Positions 36,152 to 44,776 of a DNA stretch of 64,000 bases are shown one piece after another (position 1 is the stretch's first letter; each line of letters starts with the position of its first letter). This DNA is from Nigerium sp. (GTDB taxonomy: Bacteria; Actinomycetota; Actinomycetes; Propionibacteriales; Propionibacteriaceae). A program made the position numbers and the translations under genes. Below the pieces are notes generated by a model. It did not search any database. It was not told where the DNA came from and worked only from the letters and a program-made list of their open reading frames with translations. Location of the stretch: positions 7,524 to 71,523 of the forward strand of contig JADJTH010000005.1 in NCBI GenBank assembly GCA_016711325.1, in the 5' to 3' direction.

Positions 36152-36616
36152 CTAGCGGCTCCAATCGCCCGAGCGTCCGCCCGACTTGGCGGTGATCCGC
36201 GCCGCGACGATCTCGGCGGAGCGGTCGACACCCTTGACCATGTCGACCACGGCCAGCGCGGCCACGGTCACCGCCGTGAGCGCCTCCATCTCGACGCCGG
36301 TGCGGTCGGCCGTGCGGACCTCGGCGCGCAGCAGCACCCCGTCGTCGGCGATCTCCACGTCGAGCACCACGCCGTGGACGCCGATGACGTGAGCCAGCGG
36401 TAGAAGGTCGGGCACCTTCTTCGCCGCCGCGATGCCCGCCACCCGTGCCACCGCCAGCACGTCGCCCTTGGGCACCGTACCCTTGCGCAGCGCGGCGACG
36501 ACCTCGGCCGAACACGCGACGCGGGCCTCGGCGGACGCGGCGCGCACCGTCGGCTGCTTCGCGGTGACGTCGACCATGCGCGCGTGCCCCCGCGCGTCCA
36601 GATGCGTGAATTCCAT
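36152..36616 (-). CDS. moaC: cyclic pyranopterin monophosphate synthase MoaC
   Basis: 154 aa. MVDVTAKQPTVRAA...KGDVLAVARVAGIAAAKK...LPLAH...TGVEMEALTAV. Confidence 0.95.
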   Translation of the reverse strand: MEFTHLDARGHARMVDVTAKQPTVRAASAEARVACSAEVVAALRKGTVPKGDVLAVARVAGIAAAKKVPDLLPLAHVIGVHGVVLDVEIADDGVLLRAEVRTADRTGVEMEALTAVTVAALAVVDMVKGVDRSAEIVAARITAKSGGRSGDWSR

Positions 36617-36620
36617 GGCC

Positions 36621-37823
36621 CTACCTCACCAGAAAGACGTCGAGGACGTCGCCGGGCTCGACGCACTCGACCTCGGCCGGGACGACGGCGAGGCCCTCCG
36701 CGAGGTGGAGCGAGGCGATCAGGTGCGAACCGGAACCCAGGTGGTGCGCGGGCCGGACGCCCCCGTCGGTCAGCACGACCGGCATGAACTGGCTGCGCCC
36801 CGGCGGCGTCCGCCAGCCCTCGGCGGCCCGGATCCTGATGGTGCGCAGGTCCGCCGTCGTGCCCTGGTAGGCGTCGAGCAGCGGGCGCAGGAACGCCCAC
36901 GCGGAGACGAACACGCTCACCGGGTTGCCCGGCAGCGCCAGCAGCGCCTGCTCGCGGCCGTCCGCGTCGCGCACCCGGCCGCACGCCTGCGGCTTGCCGG
37001 GCTGCATCGCGACCCGGACGAACTCGATCTCGCTCTCCACGACCTGGCGCACCACCTCGAACGCGCCGACCGAGACACCGCCGGTCGTGACGATCACGTC
37101 GGCGTCCGCGGCGTCCGCGAGGGCCTCCCGGAAGTCGGCGACGTCGTCCGACACCGACCGCGCGCAGACGACCTCGCCGCCGAAACGCTCCACCAGCCCG
37201 GCCAGCAGCACCGAGTTGGAGTCGGGGATCCGCCCGAACCCGAGCGGCGCGCCCGCGGCGACGAGCTCGGTGCCGGTCGCCAGCACGGCGACCCTGGGCC
37301 GGCGGCGCAGCCGCACGGTCGCGTAACCGACCGACGCCGCAGCCCCCGCCGCAGCCGGCGTCCAGCGCTGTCCGCGGTGCAGCGCCGTGTCGCCGACGGC
37401 CACATCCTCGCCGGCGCGGCGCACATGCTTGCCCGCCGTGACCGTGGGCACGGTCACGGACGCCGGCAGCGGCACGTCGCCCTGCTCCTGGTCGGTGTCC
37501 TCGACGGGCACCACGGCGTCCGCGCCGGGCGGCATCGGGGCACCCGTCATGATCCGGACCGCCTCGCCCTCGCCGATGGCCGGCGCCCCGCCGGCGCCCG
37601 CGGGGACGTCGCCGACGACACGCAGCCGGGCACCCCCGGTGGTGTCGGCGGATCGGACGGCGAACCCGTCCATCGCCGAGTTGTCGAACGGCGGCACGGC
37701 GAAGCGCGCAGGCAGGTCCTCGTCCAGCACGCGCCCGAACCCCGAGTCGATCGGGCAGTCCTCGGCGGGCAGCGCGGTGGCCAGGCTCAGCACCCGCGCC
37801 AGGTAGTCCTCAACGGTCAGCAT
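36621..37823 (-). CDS. moeA: molybdopterin molybdotransferase MoeA
   Basis: 400 aa. PPFDNSAMDGFAVR...VIVTTGGVSVG...LPGNPVS. Confidence 0.93.
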   Translation of the reverse strand: MLTVEDYLARVLSLATALPAEDCPIDSGFGRVLDEDLPARFAVPPFDNSAMDGFAVRSADTTGGARLRVVGDVPAGAGGAPAIGEGEAVRIMTGAPMPPGADAVVPVEDTDQEQGDVPLPASVTVPTVTAGKHVRRAGEDVAVGDTALHRGQRWTPAAAGAAASVGYATVRLRRRPRVAVLATGTELVAAGAPLGFGRIPDSNSVLLAGLVERFGGEVVCARSVSDDVADFREALADAADADVIVTTGGVSVGAFEVVRQVVESEIEFVRVAMQPGKPQACGRVRDADGREQALLALPGNPVSVFVSAWAFLRPLLDAYQGTTADLRTIRIRAAEGWRTPPGRSQFMPVVLTDGGVRPAHHLGSGSHLIASLHLAEGLAVVPAEVECVEPGDVLDVFLVR

Positions 37824-38583
37824 CGTCCGCTCCTGTCGGCGTGATCCGGGCGCTCGGCGCGCGCAGGGGGAGCACCGACCAGCGGCCGCGGGCGGCGTCC
37901 AGCACCATCACGCGGCCGATGAGCGGCTCGCCGAAGCCCGCCAGCAGCTTGATCGCCTCGGTGGCCTGCAGCGCGCCGATCTGGCCCACCATCGCCCCAA
38001 GGACGCCGACGTCCAGCGCCAGCGGATAGTCACCGCGGGCCGGTTCGTGCGGGATCAGGTCGCGCAGGTACAGCCGGACGCCGTCGGCGTCCGGAACGCC
38101 GAAGACCGAGCACTGTCCTTGCATCCCGACCGCGGACGCCCACACCAGCCGCGCGCCGATCGCGGCCGCGGCGTCCGAGAGCATGAACTTGGCGCCGAAC
38201 GTGTCGGTGCAGTCGAGCACCAGGTCGTAGCCGGCGAACAGGTCCTCGGCGCGTTCGCGGGTCAGGTACTCCGCGAACGGTTCGACCCGCCCCCCGGGAT
38301 TGAGAAGCCCGAGCCGATCCGCGGCCGACTCGGCCTTGTTGCGGCCCAGATCCGTGTGCAGCACCTGGCGTTGCATGTTCGTGAGTTCGACGACGTCGCC
38401 GTCGACGATCCCGATGCGCCCGACCCCGGCCGCCGCCAGGTAGGGCAGCGCGGCCGAGCCGAGCCCGCCCGCGCCGATCACCAGCACCGACGAGGCCAGC
38501 AGCCGCTCCTGCCCGCCGACGCCCATGCCGACGACGTCGATGTTGCGCCGGTAGCGCTCCTCCTGCACGGGGGTCAGGGGCAT
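37810..38583 (-). CDS. moeB: ThiF/MoeB-family molybdopterin-synthase adenylyltransferase
   Basis: 257 aa from ATG 38583. RYRRNIDVVGMGVGGQERLLASSVLVIGAGGLGS. No rhodanese extension. Confidence 0.88.
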   Translation of the reverse strand: MPLTPVQEERYRRNIDVVGMGVGGQERLLASSVLVIGAGGLGSAALPYLAAAGVGRIGIVDGDVVELTNMQRQVLHTDLGRNKAESAADRLGLLNPGGRVEPFAEYLTRERAEDLFAGYDLVLDCTDTFGAKFMLSDAAAAIGARLVWASAVGMQGQCSVFGVPDADGVRLYLRDLIPHEPARGDYPLALDVGVLGAMVGQIGALQATEAIKLLAGFGEPLIGRVMVLDAARGRWSVLPLRAPSARITPTGADDADR

Positions 38584-38990
38584 TGCGACCACTCGTATCC
38601 GCCCTCGGCCAGGAATTGCTTCTTCCAGATCGGCAACTCCTGCTTCACGCGTTCGATCAGGTCGGACGCCGCGTCGAACGCCTGCTTGCGGTGGGACGCC
38701 GCGACGGCGACGAAAAGCGCCACCCCGCCGATGCCCAGGTGGCCGACCCGGTGTTGCGCGGCGACCGCATGGACGCCCTCGCGTCCGGCGATGCCGGCGG
38801 CGATCCCGCGCAGCAGGCCGTCGGCCGACGGATGCCCGACGTACTCGATGCCGGTCACCGCCACGCCGTGGTCGTGGTTGCGCACCACGCCCGCGAACGT
38901 CACCACCGCGCCCGCACGGTCGTCGCCGACCGCGCCGCACAGCGCGTCGGTATCGATGTCGGCGTCGGTGACGCCGGTCAGCTCGTGCAT
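38574..38990 (-). CDS. moaE: molybdopterin synthase catalytic subunit MoaE
   Basis: 138 aa. GAVVTFAGVVRNHD...VAVAASHRKQAFDAASDLIERVKQELPIWKKQ. Confidence 0.9.
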   Translation of the reverse strand: MHELTGVTDADIDTDALCGAVGDDRAGAVVTFAGVVRNHDHGVAVTGIEYVGHPSADGLLRGIAAGIAGREGVHAVAAQHRVGHLGIGGVALFVAVAASHRKQAFDAASDLIERVKQELPIWKKQFLAEGGYEWSQCP

Positions 38991-39007
38991 GCCGCCCAAG
39001 GTAGCCG

Positions 39008-40396
39008 TCAGCTCTTCCTGGGTGCGCCCGGGCGTGCGTAGCGCCACCAGGTGATGCCGATGCACATTACGGCCCACGCGGCGCCGATCATGTAGAACGT
39101 CGTCGGCGCCATGATGGTGAGGCCGACGCCGAACAGGAACGGGCCGAAGGCGGCGATCGCGCCGGTCCAGCCGATCACGCCGCCGGCCTGGCGGCGCTCG
39201 AAGATCATCGGCATCTGCTTGAACGTCGACGCGTTGCCGATGCCGGAGAACAGGAAGATCGCCAGCATGCCCCACAGGAAATGGTTGAACCCGCCCTGCA
39301 GCGCGACGGCGCTGGAGGTGTCGGGCACGAGCGCGGGGATGGTGTACACGATCGAGCCGAGCAGGCCGATGCCCGAGACCAGGGTCCAGATCGCGCCGCC
39401 CATCCGGTCGGTCAGCGGGGAGAACGCGATGCGGGCGCCGGCCCCGACGAGCGGGCCCAGGAAGACGTAGGCGACCGGGTCGGGCACGGCGTAGCCGTCG
39501 ATCAGCAGGGTGGCGGTCGCGCCCGCGCCCTCGACGATGTCGGTGTTGCCGCTGCCGTACAGGTTGGCCATCAGCAGGCCGAACTGGGCGGACAGGCCCG
39601 AGAAGGTGCCGAACGTCATGATGTAGAGCAGCGTCATCCACCAGGTGTCCTGGTTGCCGAAGATGTCGAACTGCTGCGTGAGGTTCGCCTTGACGGGGAC
39701 CGACTTCAGCACGATGTAGGCCCAGATCGCGCCCACGATGATGAACGGGATGTAGACCAGGGCCGAGTTCTGGTACCAGACGGTGACCGGATCCTTGCCC
39801 GCGATCGACATCTGCTGGGAGCCGAGGAACGCGAACATGCCGAAACTGATCAGCCACGGCGTGAGCAGCTGCACCAGGGAGACGCCGAAGTTGCCGATGC
39901 CGGCCTGGATACCGAGCACGGTGCCCTGCAGCCGGCGCGGGAAGAAGTACGACGTCGAGGGCATGAACCCCGAGAACGCGCCGCCGCCGATGCCGGCCAG
40001 GAAGGCCAGGCCCATCAGGCGCCAGTACGGCACGTCGGGGTTCGTCACCTCGAAGCCCCAGCCGAGCACCGGCAGGATCAGCAGCAGCGTCGTGAGCGTC
40101 ACCATCTTGCGGGTGCCGATCTTGGGCGGCAGCACCATCCACACGAGCCGCAGCAGGCCGCCGGACAAGCCGGGCATGGCCGCCATCCAGTAGAGCTGCG
40201 CCTTGGTGAACGCGAAGCCGAGCGCGTTCAGCTTGGGCACGATCGCGCTCGGCAGGAACCACGCCACGAAGCACAGCGTCAGCGTGAAGGTGGTGACGGC
40301 GAGCGTGTTCCAGGCGAGCTTCTTGTCCCACGTGCTCTCGTCCTCGGGATCCCACGAGACGAGCCAGTCGCCCTTGGTCTTAAGTCTGGTGCTCAC
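39008..40396 (-). CDS. narK: NarK/NasA-family nitrate/nitrite transporter (NarK2-like)
   Basis: 462 aa with GTG start (GTGA overlap with the upstream narK stop). 12-TMS MFS with GGGAFSGFMPSTSYFFP and GIGNFGVSLVQ motifs. Confidence 0.9.
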   Translation of the reverse strand: MSTRLKTKGDWLVSWDPEDESTWDKKLAWNTLAVTTFTLTLCFVAWFLPSAIVPKLNALGFAFTKAQLYWMAAMPGLSGGLLRLVWMVLPPKIGTRKMVTLTTLLLILPVLGWGFEVTNPDVPYWRLMGLAFLAGIGGGAFSGFMPSTSYFFPRRLQGTVLGIQAGIGNFGVSLVQLLTPWLISFGMFAFLGSQQMSIAGKDPVTVWYQNSALVYIPFIIVGAIWAYIVLKSVPVKANLTQQFDIFGNQDTWWMTLLYIMTFGTFSGLSAQFGLLMANLYGSGNTDIVEGAGATATLLIDGYAVPDPVAYVFLGPLVGAGARIAFSPLTDRMGGAIWTLVSGIGLLGSIVYTIPALVPDTSSAVALQGGFNHFLWGMLAIFLFSGIGNASTFKQMPMIFERRQAGGVIGWTGAIAAFGPFLFGVGLTIMAPTTFYMIGAAWAVMCIGITWWRYARPGAPRKS

Positions 40397-41733
40397 GATG
40401 CGGCCTCCAATTCAGGTTCGATGAGGCCAGCCGTGGCCGGGGTGGCCTGCGTCATCATGCGATGGATGGTGACGTGCATCCAGGTGGCGCAGACGGCCAC
40501 CAGGACGAAGATCACGAAGAAGGTGGACGTGGGGAACCCGAACGCGGCCTTGGTGTAGGCGAACAGCGGCGGCAGGAAGAAGCCGCCCAGGCCGCCGAAC
40601 ATGCCGACGAGACCGCCGACCGAGCCCACGTTGTCGGGGAAGTACTCGGGGATGTGCTTGTAGACGGCGGCCTTGCCGACGCCCATCGCGCAGCCCAGCA
40701 GGAACACCAGCACCACGAACCACGGCAACTGCATGTGGTAGGGCAGGTGTTCGGTGAAGGTGCCGTCCGCGTGCGCGATGGAGAGGTGGCCGTTGGGCAT
40801 CATCAGCAGGCCGCTGGTGGCCAGCATCAGCCCGAAGGTCAGGTACATCACCGTGCGGGCGCCCCAGCGGTCGCTCAGCCAGCCGCCGAGCGGGCGCAGC
40901 AGCGAGGCGGGGAAGATGAACGTCGCGGTGAGCAGGCCGGCCGTGGCCAGGTCGACCTGGAAGTTGTCGACGTAGTACTTCGGCAGCCAGGCCGACAGCG
41001 CGACGTAGGCGCCGAAGACGGCGACGTAGTAGAGGCTGAAGCGCCAGACCCGCAGCTGCTTCAGCGGGATCAGCGTCTCTCTGACCGGCCTGGACGCCCC
41101 GGGCGCGCGGTCGACGCGGGGAACGATGACCCAGGTCAGCACGCCGACGATCACCAGCAGCACCGCGTAGATGACGGGGATCAGCCGCCATCCCCCCTGG
41201 ATGCCGAAGGCGAACGTGCTGCCCGCGGTAGCAGCGATGATGCCGGGACCGATCAGCTTCGTGACGGACGCCCCGACGTTGCCGGCGCCGAACACGCCCA
41301 GCGCCAGGCCCTTGCGGTCCTTGCCGAACCAGGCGGAGTCCCAGGCCACGCCGACGCTGAACAGGTTGCCCGCGAAGCCCACCCCGAAGGCGAGGACCAG
41401 CAGCCACGCGTAGCTCTGCGCGAAGCTCACCAGGTAGGCCGGGATCGCCGTGGCGAACAGCAGGAACAGCGTGACCTTCCGTCCGCCGATCCGGTCGGCG
41501 ATGATCCCGGCGGGCAGCCGCCACATCGAACCGTTCAGTACGGCCATGGCCGAGACCCAGCTCAGTTGCACGTCGGTGAGACCGAACTCCTGCTGGATCG
41601 GGACGCCCAGGATGCCGAACATCAGCCACACCGCGAACATCAGGGTGAAGGCGACCGTGGACATGACCATGACGCGTCCGGCGCCCTGGGCGGTTTCGTG
41701 GTCGGGAGCGACCTCAATCAATCTGGTGGACAT
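40393..41733 (-). CDS. narK: NarK-family nitrate/nitrite transporter (NarK1-like)
   Basis: 446 aa. MFAVWLMFGILGVPIQQEFGLT...AGNVGASVTKL... MFS fold. Confidence 0.9.
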   Translation of the reverse strand: MSTRLIEVAPDHETAQGAGRVMVMSTVAFTLMFAVWLMFGILGVPIQQEFGLTDVQLSWVSAMAVLNGSMWRLPAGIIADRIGGRKVTLFLLFATAIPAYLVSFAQSYAWLLVLAFGVGFAGNLFSVGVAWDSAWFGKDRKGLALGVFGAGNVGASVTKLIGPGIIAATAGSTFAFGIQGGWRLIPVIYAVLLVIVGVLTWVIVPRVDRAPGASRPVRETLIPLKQLRVWRFSLYYVAVFGAYVALSAWLPKYYVDNFQVDLATAGLLTATFIFPASLLRPLGGWLSDRWGARTVMYLTFGLMLATSGLLMMPNGHLSIAHADGTFTEHLPYHMQLPWFVVLVFLLGCAMGVGKAAVYKHIPEYFPDNVGSVGGLVGMFGGLGGFFLPPLFAYTKAAFGFPTSTFFVIFVLVAVCATWMHVTIHRMMTQATPATAGLIEPELEAAS

Positions 41734-41778
41734 GCATCGCTTTCTCGAGGAATGAAGCGGCGGACGGGGGCGGCGCGC

Positions 41779-42537
41779 TCAGCGCCGGGACTTCTCGTTG
41801 TCGCGGGTGCCGATCGGATCCCAGCCGCGGCCGCGCCGGGTGGCGGACTGGCGCAGGTCGGTGTCGCGCGAGCGGTAGACGATGTACGGGCGGAACAGGT
41901 AGTGCAGCGGTGCCGAGAAGGCGTGCACGAGGCGGGTGAACGGGATCATCGCGATGAGCAGCAGCGCGATCACGATGTGCGCCTGGAACTGCCACGTGGC
42001 GTGCCCCATCGCTTCGACGTTCGGCTGGAGCGTGAACAGCGAGCGGAACCAGATCGACACCGTCTCGCGGTAGTTGTGCTCCTCGCCGCTCGCCGTCTTG
42101 TCGCCGGTCAGCGTCGCGACCATGCCGAGGCCGACGGCGAGAGCCAGCACCAGGTACATCACCTTGTCGTTGACGGTGGTCGCGCGGAAGACGGCGGTCT
42201 GCGTCCGGCGCCGGTAGATCAGCAGCGCCAGCCCGACGACGAGGGCGATGCCGGCCAGGCCGCCGCCCCAGAACGCGCCGACGTGGTAGGTGTGCTGATC
42301 GAGGCCGATCCAGTCGGTGAACGCCTTCGGGATCAGCAGGCCCACGACGTGCCCCATGAACACCGCGAGCAGCGCGAAGTGGAACATCGGCGAGGCGATC
42401 TTGAGCAGCCTGGACTCGTACAGCTGCGACGACCGGGTCGTCCAGCCGAACTGGTCGTAGCGGTAGCGCCAGATCAGGCCGCCCACGAGGATCAGCGCCA
42501 CGACGTAGGGCAGGACGCCCCACAGGAAGGTCTCCAT
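41779..42537 (-). CDS. narI: respiratory nitrate reductase gamma subunit
   Basis: 252 aa. METFLWGVLPYV...SSQLYESRLLKIASPMFHFALL (heme b His ligands). Confidence 0.95.
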   Translation of the reverse strand: METFLWGVLPYVVALILVGGLIWRYRYDQFGWTTRSSQLYESRLLKIASPMFHFALLAVFMGHVVGLLIPKAFTDWIGLDQHTYHVGAFWGGGLAGIALVVGLALLIYRRRTQTAVFRATTVNDKVMYLVLALAVGLGMVATLTGDKTASGEEHNYRETVSIWFRSLFTLQPNVEAMGHATWQFQAHIVIALLLIAMIPFTRLVHAFSAPLHYLFRPYIVYRSRDTDLRQSATRRGRGWDPIGTRDNEKSRR

Positions 42538-42539
42538 GG

Positions 42540-43205
42540 TCAGTCTCCTTGCACGGTGGCGTCCGCCATCGAGGGGCGGCGCGCCGGGGACGGCGTGGTG
42601 GTCAGGAACCCGTCCAGGCCGACGAGTTCGCTCGGCGGGTTGTCGTGGAGTTGCTGCACCTCGGCCCTGGTCTGCGGCGACGGGCCGCCGAGGCTGTCGC
42701 AGATGGCGGCGACGATGCCGGCCTGCGGCAGGCCGTCCTCGGTGAGGCCGATCCGCAGCAATTCGAGCGACGCGCGGTAGGTGTTGAGCAGGGCGACCCC
42801 GATCGCGGGAGCGCCGTGGGCGGCGAACTCGAGGACCATCGGCAGGAAGTCCGGGAGCTCGCCGTCGAGATCGACCAGCAGGCCCGAGTCGCGGTAGGTC
42901 TGCTTGACGGCCGCGAGCACCTCACCGCGGCGGCGCGTGTCGCCGTCGGTCCAGTAGGTGAGGTGCAGCGCGTGACGGCGGGACAGGTCGAATTCCTGCA
43001 CGTACCAGCTCTGCGCCTCCATCGGCGGCATCGAGCGCAGGTGCTCGAGCGTGGCGGCGAACCCGGCGAGGGCGTCCGCCTCGGTGAGGGCCCGTTCGAC
43101 GAGCGGCAGCCGCTCGAGGACGCCCTCGTCGGGATAGGACAGCACCACGGACGCCGCCGCGTAGATCACGCGGTGGCGCTTGGGCGGGGGAGCGGGGAGC
43201 CTCAT
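42540..43205 (-). CDS. narJ: nitrate reductase molybdenum cofactor assembly chaperone
   Basis: 221 aa from ATG 43205 (ATGA overlap with narH). YVQEFDLSRRHALHLTYW...LPDFLPMVLEF. Confidence 0.92.
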   Translation of the reverse strand: MRLPAPPPKRHRVIYAAASVVLSYPDEGVLERLPLVERALTEADALAGFAATLEHLRSMPPMEAQSWYVQEFDLSRRHALHLTYWTDGDTRRRGEVLAAVKQTYRDSGLLVDLDGELPDFLPMVLEFAAHGAPAIGVALLNTYRASLELLRIGLTEDGLPQAGIVAAICDSLGGPSPQTRAEVQQLHDNPPSELVGLDGFLTTTPSPARRPSMADATVQGD

Positions 43206-44776
43206 CCTCGTGCCGCCTCCTCGCGCCTCGCCTTGGCGGCCGCGAACGACTCCACCGCGACCGGCACCGGGCGTCCCGACGACTCCCCGAACACGCCCTG
43301 GGCGCTGGGATCGTCGTCGAAGTTGACCGAGCACCCGATCTCTTCGAGGTGGTGGGCCTGCTCGCGGTGCGCGGTCGGGATGACGTACCGCTCGCTGTAC
43401 TTCGCGATCGCCAGCAGCCGGTACATCTGCTCCATCGCCTGGCCGGTCATCCCGACGGCGGCGGGCAGGTCCTCCTGGCGCGGACGCCCCAGGGTCACGT
43501 CGCGCATGTAGGAGCGCATGGCGGCCAGCTTCTGCAGCACCTCGCGCACCACCTCGACGTCGCCGGCGGTCAGCAGCTCCGCGAGGTACTCCAGCGGGAT
43601 GCGCAGCGCGTCGATCGCGCCGAACAGGTTCCCGCCCGCCTCGGCGTCGTGGCCCTGCTCCTTCAGCAGGTCGACGACGGGTGACAGCGGCGGGATGTAC
43701 CAGACCATCGGCATGGTGCGGTACTCGGGGTGCAGCGGCAGGGCGACCTTGAAGTGCTTGATCAGCGCGTAGACCGGCGACTTGGCGGCGGCGTCCAGCC
43801 AGTCGGACGGGATGCCGCTGCGGCGGGCGTCCGCGATGACCTGTGGGTCGGCCGGATCCAGCATCAGGTCGAGCTGGGCCTGGTACAGATCCTTGTCGTC
43901 GGCGAGCGCGGCCGCGGTGACCTGGTCGGGGTCGTACAGGATGATGCCGAGGTAGCGCAGACGTCCGACGCACGTCTCGGAGCACACGGTCGGGATGCCC
44001 GCCTCGATGCGCGGGTAGCAGAAGTGGCACTTCTCGGCCTTGCCCGTGCGGTGGTTGAAGTAGATCTTCTTGTAGGGACAGCCCGTGATGCACTGCCGCC
44101 AGCCGCGGCACTTGTCCTGGTCGACGAGCACGATGCCGTCCTCGGAGCGCTTGTAGATCGCGCCCGAGGGGCACGACGCCATGCACGAGGGGTTGAGGCA
44201 GTGCTCGCAGATGCGCGGCACGAAGAACATGAAGCTCTTCTCGTACTCCAGCTTGATCTGCTGGTTGGCCTCGTCGCGCAGCTTCTTCAGGATCGGATCC
44301 CCGGCCTCGGTGGCCGCGACGCCGCCCAGGGAGTCGTCCCAGTTGGCGGACGCGCCGATGGCCATGTTCTCGCCGGTCACCAGCGACTTCGGGCGGGCGA
44401 CCGGGAAGTCGTCGCCGAGCGGGGCGGTGATCAGGTTCTCGTAGTCGTACGTCCACGGCTCGTAGTAGTCCTCCATGCCCGGCTGCACCGGGGAGGCGAA
44501 GATGCTGAGCAGCTTCTTGAACCGGCCGCCCGAGCGCAGCGTGAGCCGGCCGCTCTTGGTGCGGACCCATCCGCCCTGCCACTTGTCCTGGTCCTCGTAG
44601 GTGCGCGGGTAGCCCTGGCCGGGGCGGGTCTCGACGTTGTTGAACCACACGTACTCGATGCCGGCCCGGTTGGTCCAGGCCTGCTTGCAGGTGACCGAGC
44701 AGGTGTGGCAGCCGATGCACTTGTCGAGGTTCATCACCATGGCCACCTGGGCCATGACGCGACGCTGCTTCGCCAT
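43202..44776 (-). CDS. narH: respiratory nitrate reductase beta subunit
   Basis: 524 aa from MAKQRRVMAQVAMVMNLDKCIGCHTCSVTCK. Contains multiple Fe-S Cys clusters. Confidence 0.97.
   Translation of the reverse strand: MAKQRRVMAQVAMVMNLDKCIGCHTCSVTCKQAWTNRAGIEYVWFNNVETRPGQGYPRTYEDQDKWQGGWVRTKSGRLTLRSGGRFKKLLSIFASPVQPGMEDYYEPWTYDYENLITAPLGDDFPVARPKSLVTGENMAIGASANWDDSLGGVAATEAGDPILKKLRDEANQQIKLEYEKSFMFFVPRICEHCLNPSCMASCPSGAIYKRSEDGIVLVDQDKCRGWRQCITGCPYKKIYFNHRTGKAEKCHFCYPRIEAGIPTVCSETCVGRLRYLGIILYDPDQVTAAALADDKDLYQAQLDLMLDPADPQVIADARRSGIPSDWLDAAAKSPVYALIKHFKVALPLHPEYRTMPMVWYIPPLSPVVDLLKEQGHDAEAGGNLFGAIDALRIPLEYLAELLTAGDVEVVREVLQKLAAMRSYMRDVTLGRPRQEDLPAAVGMTGQAMEQMYRLLAIAKYSERYVIPTAHREQAHHLEEIGCSVNFDDDPSAQGVFGESSGRPVPVAVESFAAAKARREEAARG

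Noticed and set aside
40382-41733. Both narK paralogs begin with the identical peptide MSTRL
   Set aside because: The codons differ (GTG AGC ACC AGA CTT against ATG TCC ACC AGA TTG), and the proteins diverge immediately afterwards. It is probably a remnant of an old tandem duplication or coincidence, not a functional signal.
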